A stretch of DNA of 64,000 nt from Trichinella spiralis (taxonomy: Eukaryota), in assembly GCF_000181795.1 (NCBI RefSeq), contig NW_003526944.1:62001-126000 (forward strand), read 5' to 3'. Positions 39,500 to 51,319 of this stretch are shown here, piece by piece. Below the pieces are notes generated by a model. That model saw only the letters and a list, made by a program, of their open reading frames with translations, did not search any database and was not told the origin of the DNA. How positions within the stretch are numbered: position 1 is the first letter of the stretch; the number at the start of each line of letters is the position of its first letter. A program made the position numbers and the translations under genes.

Positions 39500-41979
39500 A
39501 TGGATGAAGGTGATTTATGATTTTATTAATTTTATTGATTAGCTAAATATAATACTTTTAGTGTCATGTGTAGAGCTGTATTCGAAGAAATTGCCAACCT
39601 ATATTGTTCGATCGCGCCAAAAGATGTAATTTCTTCTGGTTTTTTTGTGAAATGGACAATTTACTTGAATAATATTTTACTTGAAATTGTTAAGTTTCCG
39701 TTTGTCGTATTCTTTATTTCTTATAGGAAGGCGTCGATACATTTTATGATTAAAATGGTTCCTTTTGAACCAATATCAGAAAATTCACCGAAGGTAATTT
39801 ACTTGTTAAATAACATGAATTTTTATCAATTTATTATTTATTATTTTAATTGGGAATGATTTTAAATAAGTAGTTTTTTCTACTGTTCAGGGCTTGTGCA
39901 TAGAACTGAGTAGAGACGATGATCCATTGTTTCTTTACACTAGCTCAATTTTCGAAGATGATTTTCAACAGTATGATTTATTTCGGAGATTTCTACTATT
40001 CATTTCTGACTGTATTTGATTTCAGTATCAAAGAACAACAGAATTTGCTGATCAGTTTTGATGCTTTTCCGAATAAGTTAATTGAATTGTTAGAATGTGC
40101 GCTATTTGAAGACAGTAAGCCAGAACCGAAGTAAGTAAATTTTTAATTCAGAATGCTGGGCGTCATCTTTGATCGATTTTTTTAAAGATATGTTTTGAAT
40201 TTTTATTGCACATCTTCGGATTTTCCTCACTGGAATGGAACGAGAAAGAGTGAATTTCAAGCGATGATTGAAATTGCCGAATCGAATCAATTCAAACATC
40301 TTGTTCATATAGCTTTGATATTTGAAGTGGCCAATCAAAATTTGTTGCAAAAGCATCTTTGCAGTTTAGTATCTTCCTTGAAGGTGAACTAAATTGGATT
40401 TGTTTCTAAGATTAATTAATTGTAAAAAATAAAGATATTATTTTGAATAATTGTTTCAGAAAGAGAAATGTCGCATGAATGAGCATCTGTTTGAATTGGA
40501 AGCACAATTGAATAAGCAAAAATTGCGAAATGATGAAATTGTTGCTATTCATGGTAAAGAAATTGTGGAACTTGAGGAAAAATTTCAAATTGAAAAGGAT
40601 GAACTTCGTCGTAATCAACAAGAAGAAAGAAGATGTTTACAAGAAAAATTGCAAGATGTTTCTTCCACAAATGAGGTTTTTTTATACTTTGATGATTGAT
40701 GAAGATGAAATTTTTTTTGTAACAAAATTTTAAGGAACTTCGAAAAAATTTACGATTAGTAGAAATAAAATTGAAAGAAGCGCGGCAGCGTGAGGAACAG
40801 AATACTCAAGAATTGCAGCGATTGAAAATCAGCTTGCAAAATAGTGGTCGTGAAGTGAACAGTGGTTTATTTTTTACTTATTTTTCAAGCATTACGCATA
40901 TTTGCATATGCAGGTTGTTGAATTGGAAAAAATGCGCAATCAGCTTGAGACTCATTTGCGAATAGTTGAAGAAGATGTGTCGGAAAAGGAAGCAGAGTTG
41001 GAGCGCTGGGATAACAACTTTAAAGAATTGTTGAACAGAAATGTATTTTTTGCAAAAAATTATTCTTTTAACTATGTAGAGTTGTTTTGTAGATGAATTT
41101 AGAAGAGACGCTAGAACAGCAACGAACGGCACTTGATGCTCTTAGACAACAATATGATGATCAATGTGAACAGACGAAGAAAGGCGTAGAAATTATACGC
41201 AAAATGAAAGATGGCAGTGCATTTTTCAAAAAAAAAGTACTTGATTTCATTAATACACTTATATATACATATTTGTTTAATCAATATTTTGTTTATTCAG
41301 GCAACGGCAACCGCCAACATTGTACGTCAGCAAGAGAGGGAATTACAAACGACAAAAAGTTTAATAGGCGACATAAAAGCTGACCAAGTGAAAATGAGAG
41401 AGATAAATGAAATGCTTCAGAAAAAAGTAAAAAATAATAAAATTGGATGAATAAAATACATAATTTTATTTTTTTTATACAATGAAAGTGTTTGTTTTAA
41501 ATTTTTAGCTGGAAGAAAAGGAGGAAGAGATTAAGAAACTGCAAGAATCGGTAACAGATTATCAAGGTCAGCTACAAGCAAAGGAGGATATGATTCGTCT
41601 GCTTAATCGGAATTTTATGAACGTCGCATCAGGTCGCTCTCTCAACACAATGCACAATACAGGAATTTCAAATTTGCCCTACACGCCTGTACTCGATGCT
41701 CCAGTAAATTGATTTTATTTTATGCTTATTTAAATGGATGAAAAACACAGTTTTCAAGTTTAAACCTAGAAATTTTTGATAATACAATTGTAGATTTCAA
41801 CGTTACGCTCAAATGTTAATATGAAAGGACAAGACAGGTGATCTCATTGTTCATTTCACTGTTGTTGTTGATGCGAACTGTTGAATAATATTATTCATTT
41901 TAGGAATCCTCATCTTGATCCGAAATATTTGGAACCAAACGTGCCAGAATTGCCGAAGACGCAAAACAACCCGTTATGA
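39500..41979 (+). CDS. sas-6: Spindle assembly abnormal protein 6 (SAS-6), centriole cartwheel protein
   Basis: Spliced head domain IELSRDDDPLFLYTSSIFEDDFQ/IKEQQNLLISFDAFPNKLIELL...EIAESNQFKHLVHIALIF (39891-40383), long coiled coil including KGVEIIRKMK...NIVRQQE, low-complexity tail, TGA at 41977-41979. Confidence 0.9.
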
Positions 41980-42253
41980 AAAAATAGAAACAAACATTAT
42001 TTATGCTGTTATTATCTATCTATCTATCATCTGTTCATTTACAGCTTTCATGTTGTTGCAGTTTTAGAGATTTGTATTTTTTCAAAAATACAGTATATTT
42101 GGATTAGTTTCTCACCCAGTGATAAAGTTTTAAAGTTTAATTTATATTAAAGTTTATATAGTTTTAGTGCTTTTTATCATATAATTTTACATTCAACATA
42201 TTCTTAACATGCATTTAAAAGAAAATAGATGTGAAATAAATAAAGAAGAATTG

Positions 42254-45250
42254 TTACAAATTTTCGTTTGCTTCTTCATCGTGATGTGGAATTTGAGATG
42301 GTACTGGATCATCTTTCATTTTCTAAAAGAATAATTAATTAAAATAAATGTAAAAAATCTGAATTGAAGAAAATGAAAAAGCACTTCAAAAAATTCAATT
42401 TGATCTTCTGTAAAATAGGATCTTCTATCTTCACGACATTCAGTTTGAACGATGCAGTAAATAATTGCCATACTATTCACCACACTCTGAAAAATTCATC
42501 AAGTCACTATATAAGCTTAGAAGTTTATAAATTTCATGTACATCATAAATGCTGAAAAACATTCTTCCATAAATATAAGCCAACAAAAATACAACTATAA
42601 TCGGCACGATTGAGCGGTTGATTTCAAGGTTATTCTGAAAAATCAAATTTTCTACAATAGTAGCAATACGGTATAAACAAAAATAAAATTCATATATATA
42701 TATATATATATATGTAATATATCGTAATGTATGTAGTTTGCTAGTTACTTTCAAAAGTGAGGAAAGCATTATAGCTGACAATGTAGAGACCACAAGTTTC
42801 CCGATAAATAAAAATAAACTGCAAAGTGTACGTACAAGCGTAAACTTCACCAAATGGCCTCCAATGAGTGCCGATGCCTATGTTGAGTAATAATTTAAAA
42901 ATGACAAATTCATATTGAAAAAAATTTTTTCAATCAACAATAACACCAACTTACTCGACTAGAAGACTCACAAAATGCAGTTCCATTAACGGCTATAGTA
43001 TAAGTAATTTATGAAAAATAAAAATAATGGAAATTTAATTTTGCTCACCTGTTACAGTGTAAGCTGCTGAATTGCAGAATCGAAGTATACTTTGAATGCA
43101 TTTTAAACAACCAGATGCACCAGTGGCTCGTTTTTTTCTCAAAGCTAGCATTCTAGTTAAAAAATTAAATCAATTCATGCATATGTATATATAAATAATG
43201 TTTAAACGTTATAGAATTTTTTTTATACTTTGCTTCTAAAATACTGAGAACTGCACGAAACACCCTCATCAAACTGATGACGAACGATCCCAAAATCACA
43301 GTGCCTAGATGATAGCGTAGCGTTAAACCTACTGCATGGCAAACTCGAGTCATTCGATTGGATTGCTTGCTGAAAATAATTAAATGAAAAACAATAAATT
43401 AAATACATAAATTATGTTTTAAAAGTGTAAATAAAAAAAAATACCTTTTAAAAAACCATTCAGCAACAGCAATTGAAATGCTCAGCTGTTGAAAATCGAT
43501 CAGAAACTCCCAAGTCCAAATTAACATGAGTATATGGTATAAAACCAATACACCCGTAGGAATATCAATGCCTATTATATTTATTTTGTGCATAAATAAA
43601 TTTAGAAGCCGTGGAACTTTCATTTCACCATAAGCTATAAATAAATGTACGTTGATATTTAAAAACTTGAAAATTTTTCGCACTGGTCAAATCATTTACC
43701 CATAGTTAACCCAAAAAGAGCACTGATTGAAATGAACAAAGCAACTGCCAAAATTGTAAAGGCAGTTAAAATAGGGAGAAGAATCATGCAAGGCATCCAA
43801 CAAATGGCAGAACGAGAATTTCGAAATACTTCAGTGACAAAGTACAAATGCTTCCATATCCATGGAGTAATAAGTAAAAGAACAATCTAAATGTAAATGA
43901 CAATTTTAAATTCAAGTCTTTTGGAAAAATTTAAATTTCACATCAATACCGTCAAAATGGTGAGCAAAATTGCAGTGAGATAGTTTTCACCTTGAAAGAA
44001 GAAGTAACTTTTCAAAGAGTTCAAAATCTCCACAGTTTGCTTTTGAAATTCACTTAATTCATCACCCTGATTCCAATACAATATCCAACAAGTGATCGAG
44101 CCAACTGAAAAGAAAAAAAATGTCATTTCTCATTCAATTAGAATTGTAAAATAACATGAAATTTCACCTCCAGATGAAATTACCAAAAGGACAAGAAGAA
44201 TTCGAATCACCACTGCAGTTATAAATGGAATAATCCAGATGAAGATTATATACATCACTGAAAAGTTAATTATTGAATTAAAATTGAATTTAGACGTACA
44301 ATTCTTTTTAATTTCTAAACTAAAAATGAAATACAACAATCTAGTAGTTAAACAAGAAGTTCTTATGTTTCTCATAATTAAAATGCATAGATTAAAAATA
44401 CTTCATTTCACTACTTACATTTCGTACACAGCAGAACAAGAACAATAGATGATAATGACATCGTCAAATCACCACAGGAAGTTTTAAATTTATCTTCTAA
44501 ATTATGTAGTATGAAATAATATTTGCTCGTGTTAAACTCAAAGGAAGATAATGAAGTTGGATCTAATACGCATCGACCCAAAATTGGAATGCTAAAACAT
44601 TTTTTGCAATCATGTATACAAGAAGTTCACATTATGAGAAATAAAATAACTAAACAACATCGAATTAATTGCATTTACCTGGAATAAACTGGCATGACAG
44701 GACATGGGCCCTTCGTGCCTTTCGGGTACAATTCCTCATTCATATAATCTTCGAGTGGAACCGAATAATTACACAACTTTACGTTTTTCTCTTTGCCTAA
44801 CTGGTAAAGCTCCGAGCGAGTTCTTATCGTCTCATTCGGACACTGGGCCACACAAATCCAAAGCGATTTCGATGGATCCAAAAAGTTCATAGGAAACAGA
44901 TAGCTGAAAACAAGATATTCATTAATAATTATTCATGTCCAGTTAATTTCGTTCGATTTAAATGTTCCACCATAATTAATCAAAATAAAAAATCAGTCAA
45001 CTCACGGCTCGTCAACTTCACAACGATTACCCATATCGTCCACTCCTCTTGTTAAATACGTAATATCACCATTGACAAAAAACCAAATTGCAATGAAAAT
45101 CTGTAATCAAAAATTTATTTTTCATCAGTTAAAATAAAAAAAAATTATATTTACCAAAATAAACCAAGCAATACAGTAACAAATAAGTGCTACAGTATTG
45201 GTGGGCTTTCGATTCTTCACTAAAGTCAAACGATTGTTTTCGTCAAACAT
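42254..45250 (-). CDS. Choline transporter-like protein (SLC44/CTL family)
   Basis: RKPTNT..., GVDDMGNRC, ICVAQCP, PILGRC, YHLGTVILGS, NSAAYTVT, INGTAFC; many TM-coding exons. Confidence 0.92.
42692..42713. repeat. (AT)n microsatellite in an SLC44 intron
   Basis: Direct reading. Confidence 0.85.
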
Positions 45251-46442
45251 CGTAGGCGGCAATACTTGTTGAATAATTGAAAATTAAATGTATGAGGTAA
45301 ACGGTCATTGCCATTTAAAGTGCTTTAAACTAAATTAAAATGTTAAAGCTGTAAACACAGATAAAAGTTTAAAAACTTGATGACAACAATAACCGAGGTG
45401 CATTAAACCTATCCAGTTAAATACAATTTGAACCGCATTAATTATGCGCAGGCGCAAAAACATTTGAATTAAAAAACAGAAACTTCATTTATATCCATTT
45501 TATTTCACAATAAATAGTTCTTTTTAGTAATCTTTGATTAAATACAATAAATTATTAATTATTAATATTGATATTAGATAAAATTATTCATATGAATACT
45601 GATGATATAAAATGGTATTAAAATTTAAATATTATCATTCAATAATAAAAATAAAACAACTAATTCTAATATTAACAAAAAAACATTCAAATTTTAACGT
45701 TATAAAACATCTTCCAATTTCTGGTTTAACTTACTTGTTAAAGTCTAACATGGTAATTTTCCAACACCAACGCTAATGCAAGCTCTTGCTTCTTTGCCAC
45801 TAGTTTGAGAATTTGCGGTTAATAAATCATGTTATGGAAGAAGTAAATTATTGAAATCAAGAAATGAAGGTACGAATAAAAACAAGAAGGAATTCTGAGC
45901 ATCACATGCTGCAACAGTTGTGATCAACATCTATAAAATATAGAAAGCGTAATACTGTATTCCTGATATCATGTGCTATTATCATTTTGATGCTGTATGC
46001 GAGTTTATGGAGAAGTTGTTTAAAGTTATTCACACATTTGGATCCACGTAACTGCTGTACAACGTAACTATAAGAAACGAAAGTGAAAGAATACCATTAA
46101 CATGAAAGAATTCTTTTAAATTGGCCTTCTAAAGAGGAATAGCAGCATAGAAAAAAACCGGCAACATTAAAAACAATTAAATTTATTATAAATGTTCTTC
46201 TTTAGTAAATTTTCTTAGATTTGCCATTAAATGTTTAATTATTACAACTGCTTAAGCAATTTCCATTCCGGCATTCCAAGCTTCCAATGTAGCATATGAC
46301 CAATGGAGTGACTGCACAGAATTCAATTGGTCTAATACAAAAAACGGATTGTTCATCTGATGTTTGCTTATCTGGCAACAGATATTTTCTTGTCTAGGAC
46401 ATGATAAGTGCATGATTGGTTTAGTTTTGCAGTTTGACAGTG

Positions 46443-48035
46443 ATGCCAACTGACATCAATAGCAACCTTTTACAAAATGCTGTACCTTTTTCAATATGGA
46501 AATTACCAGATAAAGAAGTTAATGCTTTGCCATGGTTTGGTACAATAATAGAAACAGGTTATTTATTAATTTATTATGCATTATTTTACTTTTTGCTATT
46601 TACCTGTATAATTATCATTATAACTATTTTTGTGTTACAGAAAATTTGCAAAAAAATTCCAAAATAAAACGAAGTCGTACTGTATTCACTGTTCAACAGT
46701 TAGAAGTGCTTGAACGAATGTTCAAAATTTCCGCCTACCCAAGCGCATCATTCCGAGAAAATATTAAAAAATTTACAAATCTCAGCGACACACGAATTCA
46801 GGTGAGGAAATTCAACTTTTGAAAAAGCTTTTCCCTAAATAATTGTTAAAAAGAACGAAAGTGAATAAAAAAATTTTGAGAAAAAATGAACTAAGCATTA
46901 GGTAAAGTTTCATGCATAAAATTTAAAAAAAATATCTTTTTCTTCAAAATTAACAGAAAAAACAAAAACACATTCCACGTTATAAAATTATGAATAAGGA
47001 GGAAATTCAATAAGGAATAGTTATTTGTTCACTGTCGGCGGGTTGGCAGTGATAAAATAAAAGCATCTGTGCAGTAGCAATGTAAAAAGCGTGACCGAAA
47101 AAAGTGATCGATTAAACCAACGGCTTTAAATGTATTTAATTGCTAATTTGTCCGCCGGACGACTTCTGATCTTTGTTTGATCAACTGATGGACATACAAT
47201 GTCCAACAACGGATCATCCGATTGACGACGCGCCAATTACTCTGCTTAAACAAGACGGTCCCCTACAAGTGGACTAATCTTACTTTTTATTGGCTTGTTT
47301 GGTGAAAGCTAATTGAAATCTTTCTCCGCATACTATTCCGGTAAGTTATGGGTCGACCATGTTATCAAATCGAAATGCAAATAATACACGCAGGTGAACA
47401 TGATGTTTGCGTCGGTAGCTAATCCTAACCAAAAAGATTATGACTGAATAAGCTCCTGACATTCTAACAACTTGTTTTCTGTTTTTTATCTACATTTTCG
47501 AGCAGTATCATAAATAATAATTCTAATTTTCCATTCTCGAAAACATTATAAATTGATTTTGGTTATAAATAAGCAATAAACGATTAAAGTTACAAGTATC
47601 AAATTATGTAATTTTTTATAGGTATGGTTCAAAAATAGACGAGCAAAGCACAGGAAAAAAATGCGCAATATTAAGCCGATTAATTCAACTGAAGAATTTC
47701 AATCAAGAAATCAATCTACGGGCCTTGTGATGACGAGTGAGTAATCATCAAAAAAAAAATTTCTCTTACTTAAATTAACAATATTTGAAGCCTGGAGACC
47801 AGCTTTCTTTGAAGACATATCACTGTTTAGCAGAACATCAGTAACCGGAGATAGCAGGTTATTAAAGGAAGCGAAAAGCAAAGTATCATCCATGCATCAC
47901 TTCCATCCGAACAATTTTACAGATATAAATTTTGTACCTATGAATCAGAAAGCATTGCAGCAGTCTATACAGTATTCCCAAAATTTATGCTTCTCTTCCA
48001 ATATACATCCAAATGTTTATCAGTTTGTAAAATAA
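46443..48035 (+). CDS. Divergent PRD-class homeobox transcription factor with K50; 5' end uncertain
   Basis: Homeodomain KRSRTVFTVQQLEVLERMFKISAYPSASFRENIKKFTNLSDTRIQ (46641-46801) | VWFKNRRAKHRKK (47622-47736), intron at the PRD-typical 46/47 position. Last exon 47791-48035 is phase-consistent. Confidence 0.85.
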
Positions 48036-48976
48036 TTATTAATAATAGTAAAGCACAAACTGTTTTTTGTACAATGACGTATTTTTTGCTTTAAAACGTT
48101 TTTTCCTTAAATTGGTAATACAAATACGAAATCAATTTTTATTAATAAAAATATATTTTACAATTATATTTAAAATTTTAAGCATTGTTTATTCACGTTC
48201 AAAAGCTAACATTAATCGTAAATTTTGCAGTACAATTTGAAAAATATGTTAAAGTGACTTGTTCTTTACTGTCGTTCTTACATCTTCAAAGAATTGGCAT
48301 AACAAATTAATCCTACTTTAATGAAAAAGATGCTTAGATCAGTAAAAAATTTTTTAAACTAAAATTGAAATAAATGAATTTAAGAAATTAAAGCAATGTT
48401 CTCCCATAAAAAACAAACATGTAAAGTTCAACTGAAGGAATTCTTCAATTAATATTTGACAAATTTACAAATAAAGATATTAAATATCATAACAGATGCA
48501 CATTCTCAACACATAGATAAAGCAACAGATTCGCTACTGAAGCTGTAGTTAATTTGAACTTGAAAATTAATATTACAGTAAGAAATAGGTTTCGAAACTT
48601 TGATATTAAGAAAATTGCGAAAGAGTGAAGCAGTTTGTTTCAAAAATTGATCTATTTATAGTAATGTTCCTTATAAACGTTTTCATTATATAAAATGCTT
48701 ATTAGTTATATAATCTTTAATGATTCAACTTTTATCTTCCTTTACCTTCACACTGATCGAGGAAATTCTCTTATGTAAGACACGTTTTACTAATCTTAAA
48801 CGAAGGATCTCTGAACTGCATTATCTTAAATAAAGTGATATATCTCAAGTGGTGAAGTACATTTTTTCCAAAAGCATAAGAATGACGATCTTAAGTTTCA
48901 ATGAATTCTATATTTCTTAGCAACTGCCGCTATGACTGAAGAATTTGCAAATACGTTTTGAATTTGTTTATAAGCT

Positions 48977-50590
48977 ATGGGAAACAGTGTGAACAAGACT
49001 TTACCGGCGCCAAGTGGTCCATATATTGTAGGGGCGCTAGATGTGATCACGGAACACACTGAGCAAGGATGTTTTTTTCGATTATTTTATCCAAGTCAAA
49101 TTGATGAAAAGTCGGTAATAAAATGACTTTTGATGTTTAACTTTAAAAAATTTTGTAAACTATCAAGTAAACATAATATGGTATATATTTTGTACTTCGA
49201 AATGTAATTTTAGAATTCGACAACCGAATATACTCCTTGGGTTGCTCGATCTAAATATATAGATGGATATGGTTATTTTTATAAATATTTCCCATTATCA
49301 GTCTTTCGAAAAATTTTTCAATATACCATTGGTAAACGATAGCAGTTGTGGGTTTATTTTAAAATATTGAAAGGAAGTTGCTTTGTAGGTGATGCAATGG
49401 TGCCGGCGAAGTGGATGCAACCTTGTTGTTCACTTGATGGCACTTGTTCGGATGCGAAATATCCACTGATAATATTTTCCCATGGTCTTGGCGGAAATCG
49501 CTTAGTATACAGTGCGGTGTGCACTGAATTAGCTAGTCATGGTTACATTGTAGCTGCCATAGAACACAGGTATAAAATTTGTACAGTTAGTTTAATCAAA
49601 GTGAACATGAACTGAACACGTTTCAATATCATTTTTTAGAGATGGTTCAGCTTCATATACTTATTATCATGAATTGTCAGAATCATCAGATGAAAATGAA
49701 ATTTACAAAGAGAAAGATTTATTTTTCGAAACTTATGAACCTAAGGCTGATATTTTCGAGTATCGAAATAACCAGGTAAATAACCGTTATGGACGCTGTT
49801 TTTCTATTTTATTGTATATTATAGCTGAAAAAGCGTGTGGAAGAATGCATAAAAGTAAAAAATTACTTAATAGCAAAGGATACTTTGGAACATTTGACTG
49901 AATTGAAAAATCTGAAATCCCACATTGATCCAACTCGAATTGCAGCAGTTGGTCATTCTTTTGGAGGCGCTTCCGTTATTGGAAGTCTTGCATTGGATAG
50001 TGATTTTAAGTAACAAGCTATCCAACTGTACATTTCGGACGTTGATTGCAATTTTACATTCTAGTGCTGGGATAGTGCTAGACGGTTGGATGTTTCCAGT
50101 TGACAAAGAAGCAGAAAATGAAGTTCAACAGCCTTTGTTATTTGTGAACAATGAGAAATTTCAATGGAAAGAAAATGTAGAAAGAATGCAAAACGTAATT
50201 TCTAAGTTTCCAAATCGACGAATGATGTATACCATAAAGTAATATTTTTTCAGTAAAATTTTAAATATTATTGTTTTATACTATGAAAATATTGCAGAGG
50301 TTCAGTTCATCAGAGTCATGCAGATTTCACGCATCTGGCGGATCCATGGTTAGGTGGATTTTTCAAAGTTAGGGGCAGCATTGATCCGCAGCTATGCCAC
50401 GAAATAAATTCAAAAATGTGCCTTCATTTTCTTCAGAAATACTTAGGTATAAATTTCTTGTTACCTTCTGTAAAATTTTGTCGATATAATTGTTACAGGA
50501 CTTTCCACCAGCGAGTCGACAGAAACTGACATACTTGTAGAAGAATTTGGAGAATGGGTAATCAAAGGCAGCCCACATTTATCAACATAG
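48977..50590 (+). CDS. Platelet-activating factor acetylhydrolase (PAFAH2/PLA2G7 family)
   Basis: MGNS start, [49 protein letters not shown], catalytic GHSFG (49951-49965), [20 protein letters not shown] ends at 50590. Confidence 0.95.
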
Positions 50591-51319
50591 CGGTCGGTTA
50601 TTATAACTACATAGTTAATAATAATAATAAAGTGGAATTGACATACAGGTTAGGTTCGTTATTCGTAGCGTTCTTATGAAATTAGTTTTATCCATTTTTC
50701 ATTTTCAAATTACATGCTGATTGATCAATTGATGTTTTATACCTTCTAACGAGACGAAAGTATTTAAGCATTTTTAAAATATTGATTTTTTCATCGATTT
50801 CTTGTGATTAACTTGATGACAAAGGGAAGAAAACTGCGGCTGTACGTGAATAAAATGTTTCTTTTCTTTCTTGTCATTGTTCAGAGAAAATTGCACAACG
50901 GCTTGTTATTCGGTGAATCAAGTTCTGCTAAAGTTATCTACTAAAAATCGACGTAACAACTGTCAATGATAATGCAAATCATGCATCATCAATCATGATT
51001 ATCATGATATCAAATCAAATATGCGTATCGATAAATCATGAGCGTACAAATAAATTGTCATTCTTTACATGATGTTTTCTATTGTAACAACAATAACTTA
51101 CTTCCAATTAGTGATCATTACTGATGATAATTAATTTTCTTTGACACGACCTTGCCTTTTAACAGACTTCTTCTTGAAATCCAGAATTCAGTTCAATCAT
51201 ATTAGTCAGTCAATCGAAGCTGCGCTTCATAAGCTTCAGGAAAAGCGATGAGATTGTGACAGTGTTGGATTTTATATGGGAAATGTTTGACGTCAAAAAA
51301 TAATGATAATTTATTAAAA

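Noticed and set aside
41205..41300. Apparent GC-AG intron or frameshift in SAS-6
   Set aside because: Resolved by a canonical donor after GSAFFKKK (aaa|gtactt), which keeps the coiled-coil frame
47400..47460. Box C/D-like pair (ATGATG...CTGA) in the homeobox intron
   Set aside because: Imperfect C box, weak terminal stem and no rRNA-complementary guide I can recognise; needs snoscan/Rfam
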